The notes: generated from the letters alone by a model not told the origin. Shown: positions 48,309 to 63,689, counted from the first letter of the stretch. The stretch is DNA of 64,000 bases from Amoebophrya sp. A120 (GCA_905178155.1 CAJINV010000011.1:2101503-2165502), one strand, 5' to 3'. Made by a program: numbers and translations.

Positions 48309-50272
48309 AGAGTGTGGCTCGAAGGATTAGACGTTGGTCGGCACAGTGCTGATTTCACTTGATACGAAGGCGCTATCTGAAAAGCGCGCACTGAACTAAG
48401 GCAATAGCGACAAGTATGGTCGCGTCTGCATTGTGTTCCATGCGGTCTCGTAGCTCCGGTGAATGTAAGAAGGGCCTGGAAGCTGCTGCGCACCTTGATA
48501 CAAGAAGCACAACGCGCTCCAAAGGATGCAGCGGCCGGATGCAGCGCGCCCCCTCGGTGTTTTTTGGTAGATCCCGGGGCGGAACTAGAGCCGGCCGCCA
48601 AAACGGAGAAGATGACGAGGCTGCCCCGGGCGCGATTCGTAGGCAGATGGGAGGAGCTCTCGCCATCAGAAACTCTGACGACTCGGAGGAGGTCTTGCGG
48701 CGCATCTCCGAAGGCTACGAACCTCCGGGGCAGGGGCCAGTGGCTGCGGACCACGGGCGCGCGGCGCGGGGCGTGCCCGAAGAGGGGGGGCCGGCGCGGC
48801 CCAGGCCGCGCAGCCAGCAAGAGCGCGGCGGTGGGGGTGTTGCAGTTCATCAAGCACTGCCGGGGCGCGATCAGTGTACGCGGCGCGGCGCGCCATGCGA
48901 TGCCAGCCGCAGAAGCCATCAGCGCGATCAAGTTGGCCGCCGGGAGCGAGTGGACCGAGGACTGCCCCCCGCCTGCCTGGGGGGGGGCCAGGGCGCCGCC
49001 AGGTGGATCCTCCGCGGCACGAAAAGAGCCCGGGGGCCTGGCGGATTAATAGGCGCAGGCCCAATGCCGCGCGCGGCGTGTCTCGGGGCTGGCTGTGCTC
49101 GGGGCGCGCAGCAGGGCGGGCAAGGCCAAAGCCACAGCAGCGCGCAAGGCCGGCGCGGCGGACGGGCGACGATTCGGGTGCTGGCCCCTGGCGAAAGTTA
49201 AAAAAGCCAGCCCCGAGCTACATCAGGCCCTGGCGCTTTGTGTTTTTTGGATCTTTGCCCGCGGGCGCGGCCGGCCTGGGTCATGTTGGTTTGTAGGTGG
49301 GCACGGTTTGCGCCGTATCTCGAGGCTACAGAAACGGCTCCAGGTTGGGCGCGCACAAAGTCCAACATCTGGCGCGGGGGCTGCGGGAGAAAGTGCCGGC
49401 GCGCCCCATGTCGCGCGGGCTTCATGTCCGGAGCTGTGGCGTCTTCAGGCGCCGGCGGGCGCGTTGTGGCGGGAGGACGAGTGGAAGCGTCAGCTGCGGC
49501 CCATTGATGACTTGGGGCCCTTCGCTGGGCCGCCTGCGTTTTCGCGTCGTGTGGCAGAGCCAAACCATAGCGGGGAACTATCCGCCGCCCTGGGGCGCGG
49601 CGAAGGCCGGGCGCATAGCCAGGGGCCGGCCGTCGGTGCCGCGGCGTGCGGGGCTGTTCAGCAAAGTGCCGCGGAAAAACGAATCCGCCGCGGCAGCGCG
49701 TGCAAGGGCCGCCGGAACAAGAAGCATGCCGCGCCGGGCGCTCCTCCCCTCGCGCGGAAAAGAGCGCCAGCGCTGCGGCGGGCCTTCTGTTTCTTTTTTG
49801 AGGCCCGCGGCGCCCTCTTGCTGCCCGCCTCACTGGTCCGCCTTCGTGGCGGCGGGGCCCTTGCAGTGCTGGCAGGGCGAAATCAATTTGCGGCCGTTTC
49901 CGGCCTTTCCTCCACTCGCTGCCACTTCTGGATAGGGGCCCGCCGGTGGCGGCCAGGTTCGCTACGCCGGCGCCACTTCGGGCACGGCTCCCGCCGCCTG
50001 TTGGGCGCGCGCTTGCCTCTTGTTGTCCTCCGCGCAACGCCCTGTATTCGTGCCAGGTATCAGAAATTCAGCTTGTTTTCCTGGATGCGTTTTCGCTATG
50101 TTATGTGTTGGGCCATTTGGCACCGAGTGTTCAAGCAGTACGGATTTTGGTCAGGCTTGTGTGTGTGTGGGTAAGGGCTGCGGAGACTCTGGCTACGTGG
50201 GTAATTACGTCTCGCCTGAGCTTATTCCTAGCTGTTCACTATCTGCACCGTCGTGCAGTCTGCAAAAAAGCG

Positions 50273-51518
50273 ATGACAACTCAGCCCGAGCACGTCGCCG
50301 CCGCAGCAAGGGAAAAGTTCAAGGAGCAGGCCACCGCGGGGAGGCGCAGTGCCTACGGTGCCGTCGGCGACCACGACTACGTCATCGAGGCCTTCCTCTG
50401 GTCCGACGTGAAAGAAGACTCCAAAGCGCCCATTTACCAAAACCGGGCGCCGTATCTTTCTGTTTGCCAAGACATTCTGGATCCGATTATACTCGGCCGC
50501 GCCCAAGCGGACAACCAAGAACCCGGGGCAGCAGCATCTCTTCCAACTACCCCCGCCGCTGCTCCCCCAAGTACAACATTCTCTCTCCGTCCTCGACCTT
50601 GGTACCGGCGATGGCAAATTTCTCGCGACGCTGCACAACAAGTACGACCTCCCATGGGCCAACGTCTGCGGTGTCACCGCCGAGGACATGCGAAACCAGG
50701 AAAATTTTTCCAGCGGCGGGGAAATTTTTGACCCGAAGTGTCCGGAGTCCAGCTACTTCGTCGGGAACATCGAAGACCAAAACCTTCCAGCAAAGCTCGG
50801 AAAGAACAGGAGGTTTGATGTCATCGTCTCCTTTGTCACTTTCTGCTGGCTGACCGACCCGTTGCGAGCGGTGGTACTGTGCTGCAACGAGTTGCTGAAG
50901 CCGAACGGGATTTTCCTCGCCGGAGGGATCCAGTTGTTGACGGACGCAGAAGAAGCAAAGAACACCGACGGCACAACATTAACAACCACAACGACGATGA
51001 GCGCCGAGGAAGAACAGAAGTGGCTGTTCGCACTGGCGAAGTACTGGCAGGAGGAACAAAGCGCGGGTCAAGTGCGGATTGAGCTGGTCGTGGATGCCTC
51101 CACCGGAGCATACGTCTACTGGCTGATGCAGCGCAAAGCACATGATCATGATCACACCCCCGCGAGGACGAGCAGTACTTCTCCTACCCAGGCGGTGACC
51201 ACAACGGACGCAAAAAGAAAGCTGCTCTCTTTGTCTCCGGCACTGGAATATGGCCAGATCGATACAGAGTCGTCGAAGGTGTGCTACAAAGTGAACGAAA
51301 CCCTGCTCCGGCCCTACTTGCCAGCATGCGATGGTGCCTCACAACTACCGTCGACGCGGGTGCGGAGGAAAGGCGTTGAGGGAAAGATTTCTGATTCGGT
51401 GAAACGGGAAAAACTTCTTTCTGAATTCGCAGAGACTGTCGAAGAAAATCAGTTTCGGACAGCACTGACACAGATGGTTGAGGAACTGGAGCGGGGTAGA
51501 CGGCAGAAAAAGGCGTAG
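50273..51518 (+). CDS. Class I SAM-dependent methyltransferase with apparent frameshift near 50580
   Basis: The frame from ATG 50273 switches to another frame carrying VLDLGTGDG (motif I), RFDVIVSFVTFCWL and LLKPNGIF. Could be a pseudogene, an assembly indel or a cryptic intron. Confidence 0.7.
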
Positions 51519-51909
51519 CTGGTGTCAACAGCATATTTTGTCCATGTGCGGGGCTTTGTCCATATTCCGCATGAAGAGTGTTCGTGCGCTGTGTCACAAA
51601 TAAAGATCAATGAAGAACACGAGAGTTTGCTTCGAGGATGAACGCAGGATGGATCGAACACGCTCTACTTGCACAATCATCAAAAGAGCCACTGAGTGGT
51701 GACGCATATGATGCGCCTCGGCTGATCAACATTCTCAGGTAAAAACATAGACACTCGACCGCCGCAGTTGTAGCTGCACTTTTGTAGGAACCACGAGCAG
51801 AAATGGTGAATCCTTGAAGTAGCCACTGTGTCAGTGGGCTGCTGCAGCTCCTACGCTTGTTTCTCCTGGTCGACGAGGGAACTAGTGCAAACCACTCCCA
51901 GAAGTGTGC

Positions 51910-52086
51910 ATGGCCTCTACCGCGTCGTCAATCCATTTTTACGTCGACCTGCTTCCGCTTTACGTCGTCTGGCTGGTGTACCTGGCCCTGGGGCTGGGCT
52001 ACCTGCTCACCACGCGGGTCTACGGGCACACCGTGTTGGAGCACCGGCTGACCGCGTTTCTGGAGCGGTGGGTCCCGGTCGGGTAG
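51910..52086 (+). CDS. Putative 58-aa single-pass membrane microprotein (or terminal exon)
   Basis: Strong G/C third-position bias and hydrophobic LLPLYVVWLVYLALGLGYLL. Confidence 0.5.
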   Translation: MASTASSIHFYVDLLPLYVVWLVYLALGLGYLLTTRVYGHTVLEHRLTAFLERWVPVG

Positions 52087-52132
52087 GATTGTACTTCACA
52101 CCTTTGTTTCTCTACTTTTGTCTTTCGGGAGT

Positions 52133-55100
52133 ATGAAAATGGTGCCTCGTCTACTACTACTCACGAAGCCGGTTTATCCGGTAGTTCTCGTCGCGGCCGC
52201 CCTATTCCTAGACCAGATTGGCTACGTTGCCGCGGGGCCGAACCCGATCCGCAAGGTTGTCACGTTACTCGAGGACCTCGCGAAGGAGATTGAAGCCGAG
52301 TCGGCGGAACAGGCCAAACTGCACGAGAAGATGCAGTGCGCGTGCAAAAAAGCCGTGCCGGATATGGAGCAGGAAATCGAAGACGCGAAAAACTCCATCT
52401 CCGCGCTCCAAGCCTCCATCCAGGAGAAAAGCGGCGCCGCGGAGCAGCTCGGCGCCGAGGTGGCGGCCTTGGACAAGGATATTGCCGAGAACAAACAGTC
52501 GCTCGCCGAGGCACAGTCCGTGCGGAAGAAGGAGGGGGATGAATACCAGGCGGAGTCGGCGGTGACAAGAACCAACATCGCCGCCATGGACCAGGCGATC
52601 CCGGCCTTGCGGAAGGGCATGGGGGGCGAGGACCCCGACGCGTTTCTGCAGGTGAAGGGCAAGACGGAGGAGAAGAAGATGAAGAAGAATTTGCTACTCC
52701 TGCTCCAGAACGGCGCGTTTTCCTCGGAAGCAGATCGGGAGCTGGTGTACGAGCACGCCACGAGCAACAGCAAAACGGAGTCTTCGGGCGAGATCGTCGG
52801 GATTCTGGAGCAGATGCGGGAGTCCATGCGAGACAACCTTATCGCCGCGACGAAGCAGGAGGAGCAGGCGCGGGCCACTTTTTTGAAGCTGGAGCAGAGC
52901 AAGAAGGGCGAAATTTCCGCGGCGGAAAAGGAGCGAACGGAGAAGGCAAACCGGCAGGCCAAGCAGGACTCGGAAAAAGCGACGGCGGAAGAAAACTTGT
53001 CCGACACGGAGGCGGCTTTGACGGACACAACGCAGGAATTGGACGACAAAAAACGCGAGTGCGCGGACGAGGAAAAGTTGTATGACGAGATATCAAAAGG
53101 AAAAATCCCCCCTCCACCCCATATAAAAACGGAGATTTGTGTAGCATGATTTGTGATCACAAATCTTCACGTTGTCATGCTAGAACGGAAGAGAAGATGC
53201 GGACTGTAGTGTGCTGGCTCGTGTTCTTGGAAGGCCTTGTAGTGTCTTTAGCATGACAGAAAGCACCTGGAACCGGGAAACAGCATCACAGACTGGCCGC
53301 AAGTGAGGCCGCAGCTGCCTCTCTTTGCCTTTTAGCAATACAAGTCGATTTGTGTTGTACTCAAATACTTTCGTTTCGATATGGGGAGGGGGGATGTTTC
53401 CTCGCAATACGAGAACGAAAAGGCGAGGCAGGCCGAGGTCATCGGCGTGCAGGAAGCCATCAAGATTTTGAACAGCGACGACGCGCTGAAGACCTTCGAC
53501 AAAACCATGCAGAAAGGCGAACCGGAACAACCAGCGTCCTTTTTGCAGCTGAGTTATGAATTGCAAAAATGTCTGGGTCTGGAAGATTGCAACTTGTCAT
53601 GGTAAATCTGAAGCATGCAAAAATCTGTGTTGCATGAGTGCCAAAAGCTGTCCACTTTTGACCAAGTTGGAACGGAGTTTCTCATGCAGAATAGGCATGG
53701 CAGAGGCCTCGCAGAGTCTGTCATGCTACGTCCCGCATTCCAGACCTCATGGGTCATGGAAAATCTGCATGACAAGTCTACACTCTTCCAGACCCAGACA
53801 TTTTTACATTTGATACGAGTTTGACCTCGCACGGAAAATTCGACGCGCTCTTGGGGAAATGCGGAGAGTACTAAATATTAGATACTGGCGCTGCTGGTCT
53901 TATTCAGTCACCTACTTGAAGAGCCGTGTTTGTGCAATGCGCAATAAACTCGCGTTTTTTATGCTATACAAATATACAACCTGACCAAAACACAACAGCA
54001 TGATTACGCTTTTGAAGCAGGAACAGAAAACGGAGGACGAAGAAAACGACAAGTGCAAAGCGGATCTCGCCCAGTCCGCACTGGATGTCCAGGAAGCTGG
54101 GAACACAGAGACCAACGCCGCGCAGGCGGTGGAGCAGAAGAAGGCAGAAGTGGCGGCCGTAAAGGACGAAGTAGCGGCGGTCAAGTCTGTGCTCGCGGAA
54201 ATTGAGGCGACGGTGAGTGAAGAGTCGGAAAACCGGAAGAAGGAAAACGCGGCGTTTATCGCGGAGCAGAGTGAGCTCTCCCAGGCGGTGAAGTTGCTGC
54301 AGAAGGCGGGGAAGAAACTGAAAGAGACCTACGCGGCAAAAGAGTTGCTGTTGCAAGAGGAAGGTGGAGCCTCTACTTCTTCCGCTATTACTGACGCGGA
54401 TAGCAGTACAACGACCACTTCTGGTGCCAATGATAATTCTGGCGCGGTTGTTGACTCTACTCAAGAGGAATCTACTTCAACCTCCGCTAATGAAGACGGC
54501 GAGAATTATCAAGAAGAAGTCTCCCCCGCCACTACCGCTGAGTCGGTCGACCAGGTTTTTGACTCCTTCCTCAGCTTCACGCAAGTAAAACAGGAGCAGC
54601 CAGCGGGGCAGGACAACCGCGCCCGGAAAGGCGGGAACATCGTGATCATCCTTACCAACATGGCCGCAGACGTGAAGAAGGACATTGCGCTGTTGGAGCA
54701 GCAGGAAAACCAGGAGCAGAGCGACTACGAAAAGTTGATGAAGGACTTAGCGGCCACGAAAAAGCAGCGGAAAGACGAGTTGACGACGAAAAAGTCCACG
54801 TTTGCGAAATTGTCCCAGGAGCAAGAGGAGCTGGAGGAGGATTTGAGCCTCGCGCAGGACGAGAACGCGGGGCAGCAGAGCGAGGACAAGATATGCATTG
54901 CAAATATGTCTGGGTCTGGAAGGGTGCAACTTGTGATGCATTTTTTGGATTCTAAAAAAATCTGTATTGCATGACCCCCCGCAATATGAGTTCAGTTTAT
55001 GCTATGCGGCGAGTGCATTTCTCATGCGGAATAGGCATCAGGAAGCTCTCTAAAAATCTGTTATGCTACCGGTCATGCATGCATAACGGGCGTCATGAGT

Positions 55101-55920
55101 CATGCAAATTATGCATGACAAGCCGGGCAATCTTCCACACCCGGACTACATATTTGCAGTTGATACAAGGCACTGCACGAGAACTGCGACTACCTGCTGA
55201 AGAACTATTCCGCGAGGAAGGAGGAACGCGCCGGGGCGGTGGACGGACTATATCCTGAGTAAAAACGTACCCACACCAGAGTTGTAATGCAAATCTGCAT
55301 GCTGAAAATGTTTCTCATGCGGAGCCCCATGAGAAGCATTTTCTAGTCGTGTTTTGCAATTTGTCATGCTCCAATCAGCATGGTATGCTAGATCTGTGAT
55401 GCTGCTGAGCTAGCTCAAACAGCACTACACTACGAGTCCAAATTTGTCATGCAAAACAGCCAAAACTTGTGGATTTGTCTAGCCGATTCCCCATCTTGAC
55501 TATGGTGTGGGTACGTTTTTACTCAGGATAGACTACAGCAGGCCATCGCGATTCTGCGGGGCATGAAAGACCCCAGTCTGTTGCAGAAGGGGGGAAGCTA
55601 TGGATTGTAAATATGTCTGGGTCTGGAAACTTGTAATGCCAAAAGTGAATGGTAGACGCACTGCAATACGCAGCTATGCATGACAAATTTTTTGGCTGCC
55701 ATGTCTTACGTGTTCCGCATGGCAAACTGCGTTTTTCCATGACAGGTAAGAGGGCCTTTTCGCGCCTATGCAACACAGATTCTCGAGTCATGCCAGACAA
55801 GCATGACACACTTGCATTCTTCCAGACCCAGACATTTTTGCATTTGATAGAAGCGGCGTTGTGCGGGTGGAAAAACTGATGTCCCGGGCGGGGGCGGCCC
55901 TGCAACACCGGGGGAATTGA
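52133..55920 (+). CDS. Secreted coiled-coil protein, 7 exons (5 introners + 1 GT-AG intron 53868-53998)
   Basis: N-terminal hydrophobic signal, long E/K/A heptads, repeated (F/L)LQ linkers and spaced Cys. Every junction restores the frame, up to TGA 55918-55920. Confidence 0.88.
53091..53409. mobile_element. Introner, family F3
   Basis: TATCAAAAGGAAAAATCCCCCCTCC ... GGAGGGGGATGTTTCCTCGCAATA; perfect TSD CGAGA. Confidence 0.95.
53555..53815. mobile_element. Introner, family F1
   Basis: TATGAATTGCAAAAATGTCTGGGTCTGGAAGA ... TCTTCCAGACCCAGACATTTTTACATTTGATA; TSD TGAGT/CGAGT. Confidence 0.95.
54892..55165. mobile_element. Introner, family F1
   Basis: TATGCATTGCAAATATGTCTGGGTCTGGAAG ... ACATATTTGCAGTTGATA; TSD CAAGA/CAAGG. 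Confidence 0.94.
55251..55530. mobile_element. Introner, family F2 (young)
   Basis: Perfect 28-bp TIR TATCCTGAGTAAAAACGTACCCACACCA and perfect TSD GACTA. Confidence 0.97.
55599..55849. mobile_element. Introner, family F1
   Basis: Perfect TSD GAAGC. The homologous site is empty in the duplicate at ~57815-57825. Confidence 0.96.
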
Positions 55921-57432
55921 GTTGATACAGATTGAAGGTTTCGTTTTCGTTTGCGTTGGCGCAGCCACTTCAAGTGGATCACGAAGAGCGCTGCGCTTGT
56001 ATGATTTTTGGCCCGCAGCAACAGCATTGGTTGGCGCTTTATTTTTTCCGGACAGTTTAGAGAAGCTGAAGTTCAAGTGTATGAGTTGCGGTAGCCCTAG
56101 CGCTATTTCTCACTGGCAGAAGTAAAGTGAAGATTCTAGCCTGCCGTCGCGAGACTAGCCGCGAAGGTGCTTCGATTTTTTGAGTGAATCTGGTGTTCCA
56201 AATTTGAGTGCGACTGCTGAGATTGTTGAGAACGCAGAATACATCGCGATTCTGCGGGGCAAGCGCCAGCAGGAATACATTGCAGAATACATTGTCTGAA
56301 CGCAGAATACATTGCGAGAGCAACCTCCAGCAGGCCATCGCGATTCTGCGGGGCATGAAAGAGCCCAGTCTGTTGCAGAAACGTGCGCCGGGCGCTCCTG
56401 CCGCCAGCCAGGTACCTAGGTTAACGCATTTAGGTCATCACATTCTAGGTTACGCAGTCAGCATGCGGGCGCGCAACCTCGTGAGGACCGAGATGGGGGG
56501 ACTGACCACCATCTGTGGCCCCATCTTTGTACAAAAGGCCCCGACAACAATCGGGGCCTGTCCGTGACCAAGCCCAAGCGGTGGTCAGCGAGAGCGAGCG
56601 GGGAGGCGGCCACCCTCCCGCGGCCGCCATGCGCGCGCCCGCCAAAGCCACGTACCGTAAGGTGAAACCGTCGGCGCCGATCGCTATGTACAGGATCCGC
56701 CCTGAGCGACCGGAGCGCGGGTCAAGCCGACTCACAACCAGGACGAAAGTCTACAGAGGGACACCTCTGTGCGCCCGCACCATACCGCCCCGCACCTCTG
56801 TGCGACGGTCACAGCCCGAAACCCCCGGCTTCGGCGGGGGGCTAGTAGGGATTTAGGATGGAAGGCTGCGAAGTGCGTCTAGTGCATGAATCTGAGAACA
56901 CTAATCCGTGACAGATACAAGGATGGCCACACAGAGTGACACACAATGCGCAAGCACTATACACGAACGACACACACCAGCCGACCGTGTGCCACCTCTG
57001 TGGCACGGCTAGCTAGGGACTGCGTAGCCACCTGTTCGCACAGTTTACAAGCACGGCGATAGAGATCTAAACTGATGCAGCGACACCATACTTGCTTGCC
57101 TTCAAAATCAGGCTAGCTGCAGCGAACCTATACACTAGATGGAATGCGAATGATGTCTCACCTGTTGCAACACCCATCGAATGCACATGCTCTACTGATG
57201 CTTTTGGTCTTATTAATTTCCAAATGAGTATTTTGGTTTTGCTTTGGACCTCCGTTGGCTCTATTTGCAAAAAACGGAATGATGTTGCAAGCTATTTGCC
57301 TCCCTGCCTGCACCTGCTCGAGTGAATGACTGTTGATGGTTCTGACTTTAGACTTGTCTGTCTTACTTGTGTTTTCGCTCTCATTTGGAATGCTATCAGT
57401 GCCCTCTCGTGTGCTTATAGACTTTCTGGCCT

Positions 57433-58223
57433 CTACACCAGGCCATCGCGATTCTGCGGGGCATGAAAGACCCCAGTCTGTTTATCAAAAGGAAAAATCC
57501 CCCCTCCCCATATCAAAGCGGGATACTTCTGAAAATTTGTGATGCTGATTTGAGACCTCAAATCGTCTCTGTATTGCAAGAAGGCCAAGAGACGAAGCTG
57601 CGGCCTGAATTGCAGGGAATCTGTCATGCTGTTTCCCACTTCCTGTTGCCTCCTGTCATCCTGGAGCTGCAAGGCTTTCCCACGCTAGGCAGCACTACAG
57701 TCCGCATCTTTTGCCTTCTAGCATCACAAAGCTGATTTGTGACCACAAATCTGCATCACAGATTTCCGTTTTGATATGGGGAGGGGGCATTTTTCACTGT
57801 AATACTGTTGCAGAAGGGGGGCAGCGGCGCTGCGCGGGTGGAAAAACTGATGTCCCGGGCGGGGGCGGCCCTGCAACATCGGGGGAATTGAGGTGATAAA
57901 GATTGAAGGTCAAGGTTTTAATATCGTTTTCGTTTGCAGCGTTGGCGCAGCCACAAGGGGATCACGAAAAGCGCTGCGCTTGTATGATTTCTTGTCCGCA
58001 GCGATGGTCGTTGGTGTGTTATTTTTTCCGGACAGTATACCAGAAGTTGAAGTTCAAGTCTATGAGTTGCGATAGCCGTAGCGCTATTTCTCAATGGCAA
58101 ATAAAGTGAAGATTCTAACCTGCCGTCGCGACACTAGCCACGAAGGTGCTTCGAATTTTTGAGTGAATCTGGTGTTCCAAATTTGAGTGCGACTACTGAG
58201 ATTGTTGAGAACGCAGAATACAT
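57433..58223 (+). pseudogene. Duplicate of the 3' end and 3' flank of the coiled-coil gene (55533-56244)
   Basis: Colinear similarity from CAGGCCATCGCGATTCTGCGGGGCATGAAAGACCCCAGTCTG through GAGAACGCAGAATACAT. No upstream exons are attached. Confidence 0.9.
57483..57804. mobile_element. Introner, family F3, in the duplicated exon
   Basis: Perfect TSD CTGTT. Reverse-complement relative of 4412-4722. The homologous site CAGTCTGTTGCAG is empty at ~55574-55586. Confidence 0.96.
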
Positions 58224-58701
58224 TCGGTTTGTTGCAGAAGCGAAATTCTACCGCCGTCGGTCTTGCATTTTCTTTCCTCAAATTTTAATTTTTGGAGTTG
58301 ATGTCGTGCAGGCTCACATAAATCACAGTTCGCTGTTGAGATGATGTGGTAATTTGCATTGCAAGAACGCAGTCAGCTTTTCAACGACAACAACCATCTT
58401 TACGGCAAAAAACTTTTCAACAGGTGCGATATCCTCATTCTCATTTATCATATAAGTACAGTACAGTAGACCCAACTCACGCATTCTTTGTGCAGTCAGA
58501 GTCAATCTTCATTTCATTTTTTTCCTCATCTTTCTCGTCATAACGCATTTGCCAAATCATGAAAACACCCAACCGCAGTTGTTTGGCTCCACCTAGTGAG
58601 AGGTCTACCTTTCGCAGAACCTAGTAGATAGCACCCATAGGTGGAAATAGAACCTGATATAAGCAGGCCAGAAAGTCTCGCCCCGTACAAGTAGTAGTAC
58701 T

Positions 58702-62669
<3,968 letters not shown>

Positions 62670-63401
62670 AGGAATTATGGTGATCTTCACTTCAGGATAT
62701 GGATCTTCATCTTCACAACTTCAGCATTGTGATCTACAACTCTGGGAAAAAATTTTATCTACCTTCTTGAAACAATGAATCTGATATACCGTACAACTCG
62801 TTTATTAGTCTGAAACCTGGCAACCTTGATCGCACAGTAGTGCTTTCGCTTTTCGTTTTCTATCTGGTATAGCGTATAAGATTTTGTGGCAAAGAAAGTA
62901 CTAAATGTGCAGACATAATCGAGATCAAATTCTCGAAATAACCATACGTGTCGTCGTGAAGATTGTATGTATTGATATGATAAGTTGTACCCAATAACAT
63001 ATCTGTGTGGAACTAGTTAGTCGAAGATGTCTAACCGCATTTTTTAGTCCACGTCTACCCCCTTTTTGCTCTTTTGATTTCTGAAACTATACCCACGACT
63101 ACCCGACAGATTGATACGGCATCTCGCTTCCCAATCCCAAATAATGGCCCTGCGACTTTTATCGTCGATACAAGATTAGTACGCTAAACACGCGACAACA
63201 TAATGGCAGCGATCTTTTCTTGGTTAGTACCTCCCGCACGAGGCCAATGGGCGCGTTGAAACGCGCTGGCGCGTCGTAAACAGAATTACTTCTGCGGAGT
63301 AGATTTTTTTGGTTAAGGTCAAGGAAAAGCAGCCCTGCTTTCACCTAGTACCCCGTGTGACAGACCACAACTGGTGCGCACCAGCTCCCATTATCTATCT
63401 A

Positions 63402-63689
63402 TCAGTGCGAAACGTAAACCCTACCCTTTGATTTGCCAGTGAGAGGACGATCAGCATAAAGAAAGTATCTATCCGAAAAAACGAGCAGTATAAGAAAGGC
63501 GACAACAAAAGCGACAAAGAAGTAGTACCGTTCTACAGAGCGAAGCGTGGCCACAAGGTCGTGCATTTTTGGATCGATTAAGGATCTGCTCTGGAAGGTG
63601 GTGTGTTCGTCGCAACTACTCGTGGTGGGCAGATTAAATCGGAAATAAGTGTCGATCGACTCCTCGTGGAGAACTTTTGGCAAATACAA
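63402..63689 (-). CDS. Possible 3' exon of a membrane protein extending beyond the window
   Basis: ORF with one hydrophobic stretch, YYFFVAFVVAFLILLVF. No other support. Confidence 0.3.
   Translation of the reverse strand: MYLPKVLHEESIDTYFRFNLPTTSSCDEHTTFQSRSLIDPKMHDLVATLRSVERYYFFVAFVVAFLILLVFSDRYFLYADRPLTGKSKGRVYVSH

Noticed and set aside
48416-50174. Long ORFs in the GC-rich block (also 23847-24722)
   Set aside because: R/G/A/P-rich, open in several frames and without recognisable motifs; explained by base composition.
22010-53160. Long antisense ORFs (22010-23071, 47328-48275, 52222-53160)
   Set aside because: They are shadows of high-GC3 genes on the opposite strand.
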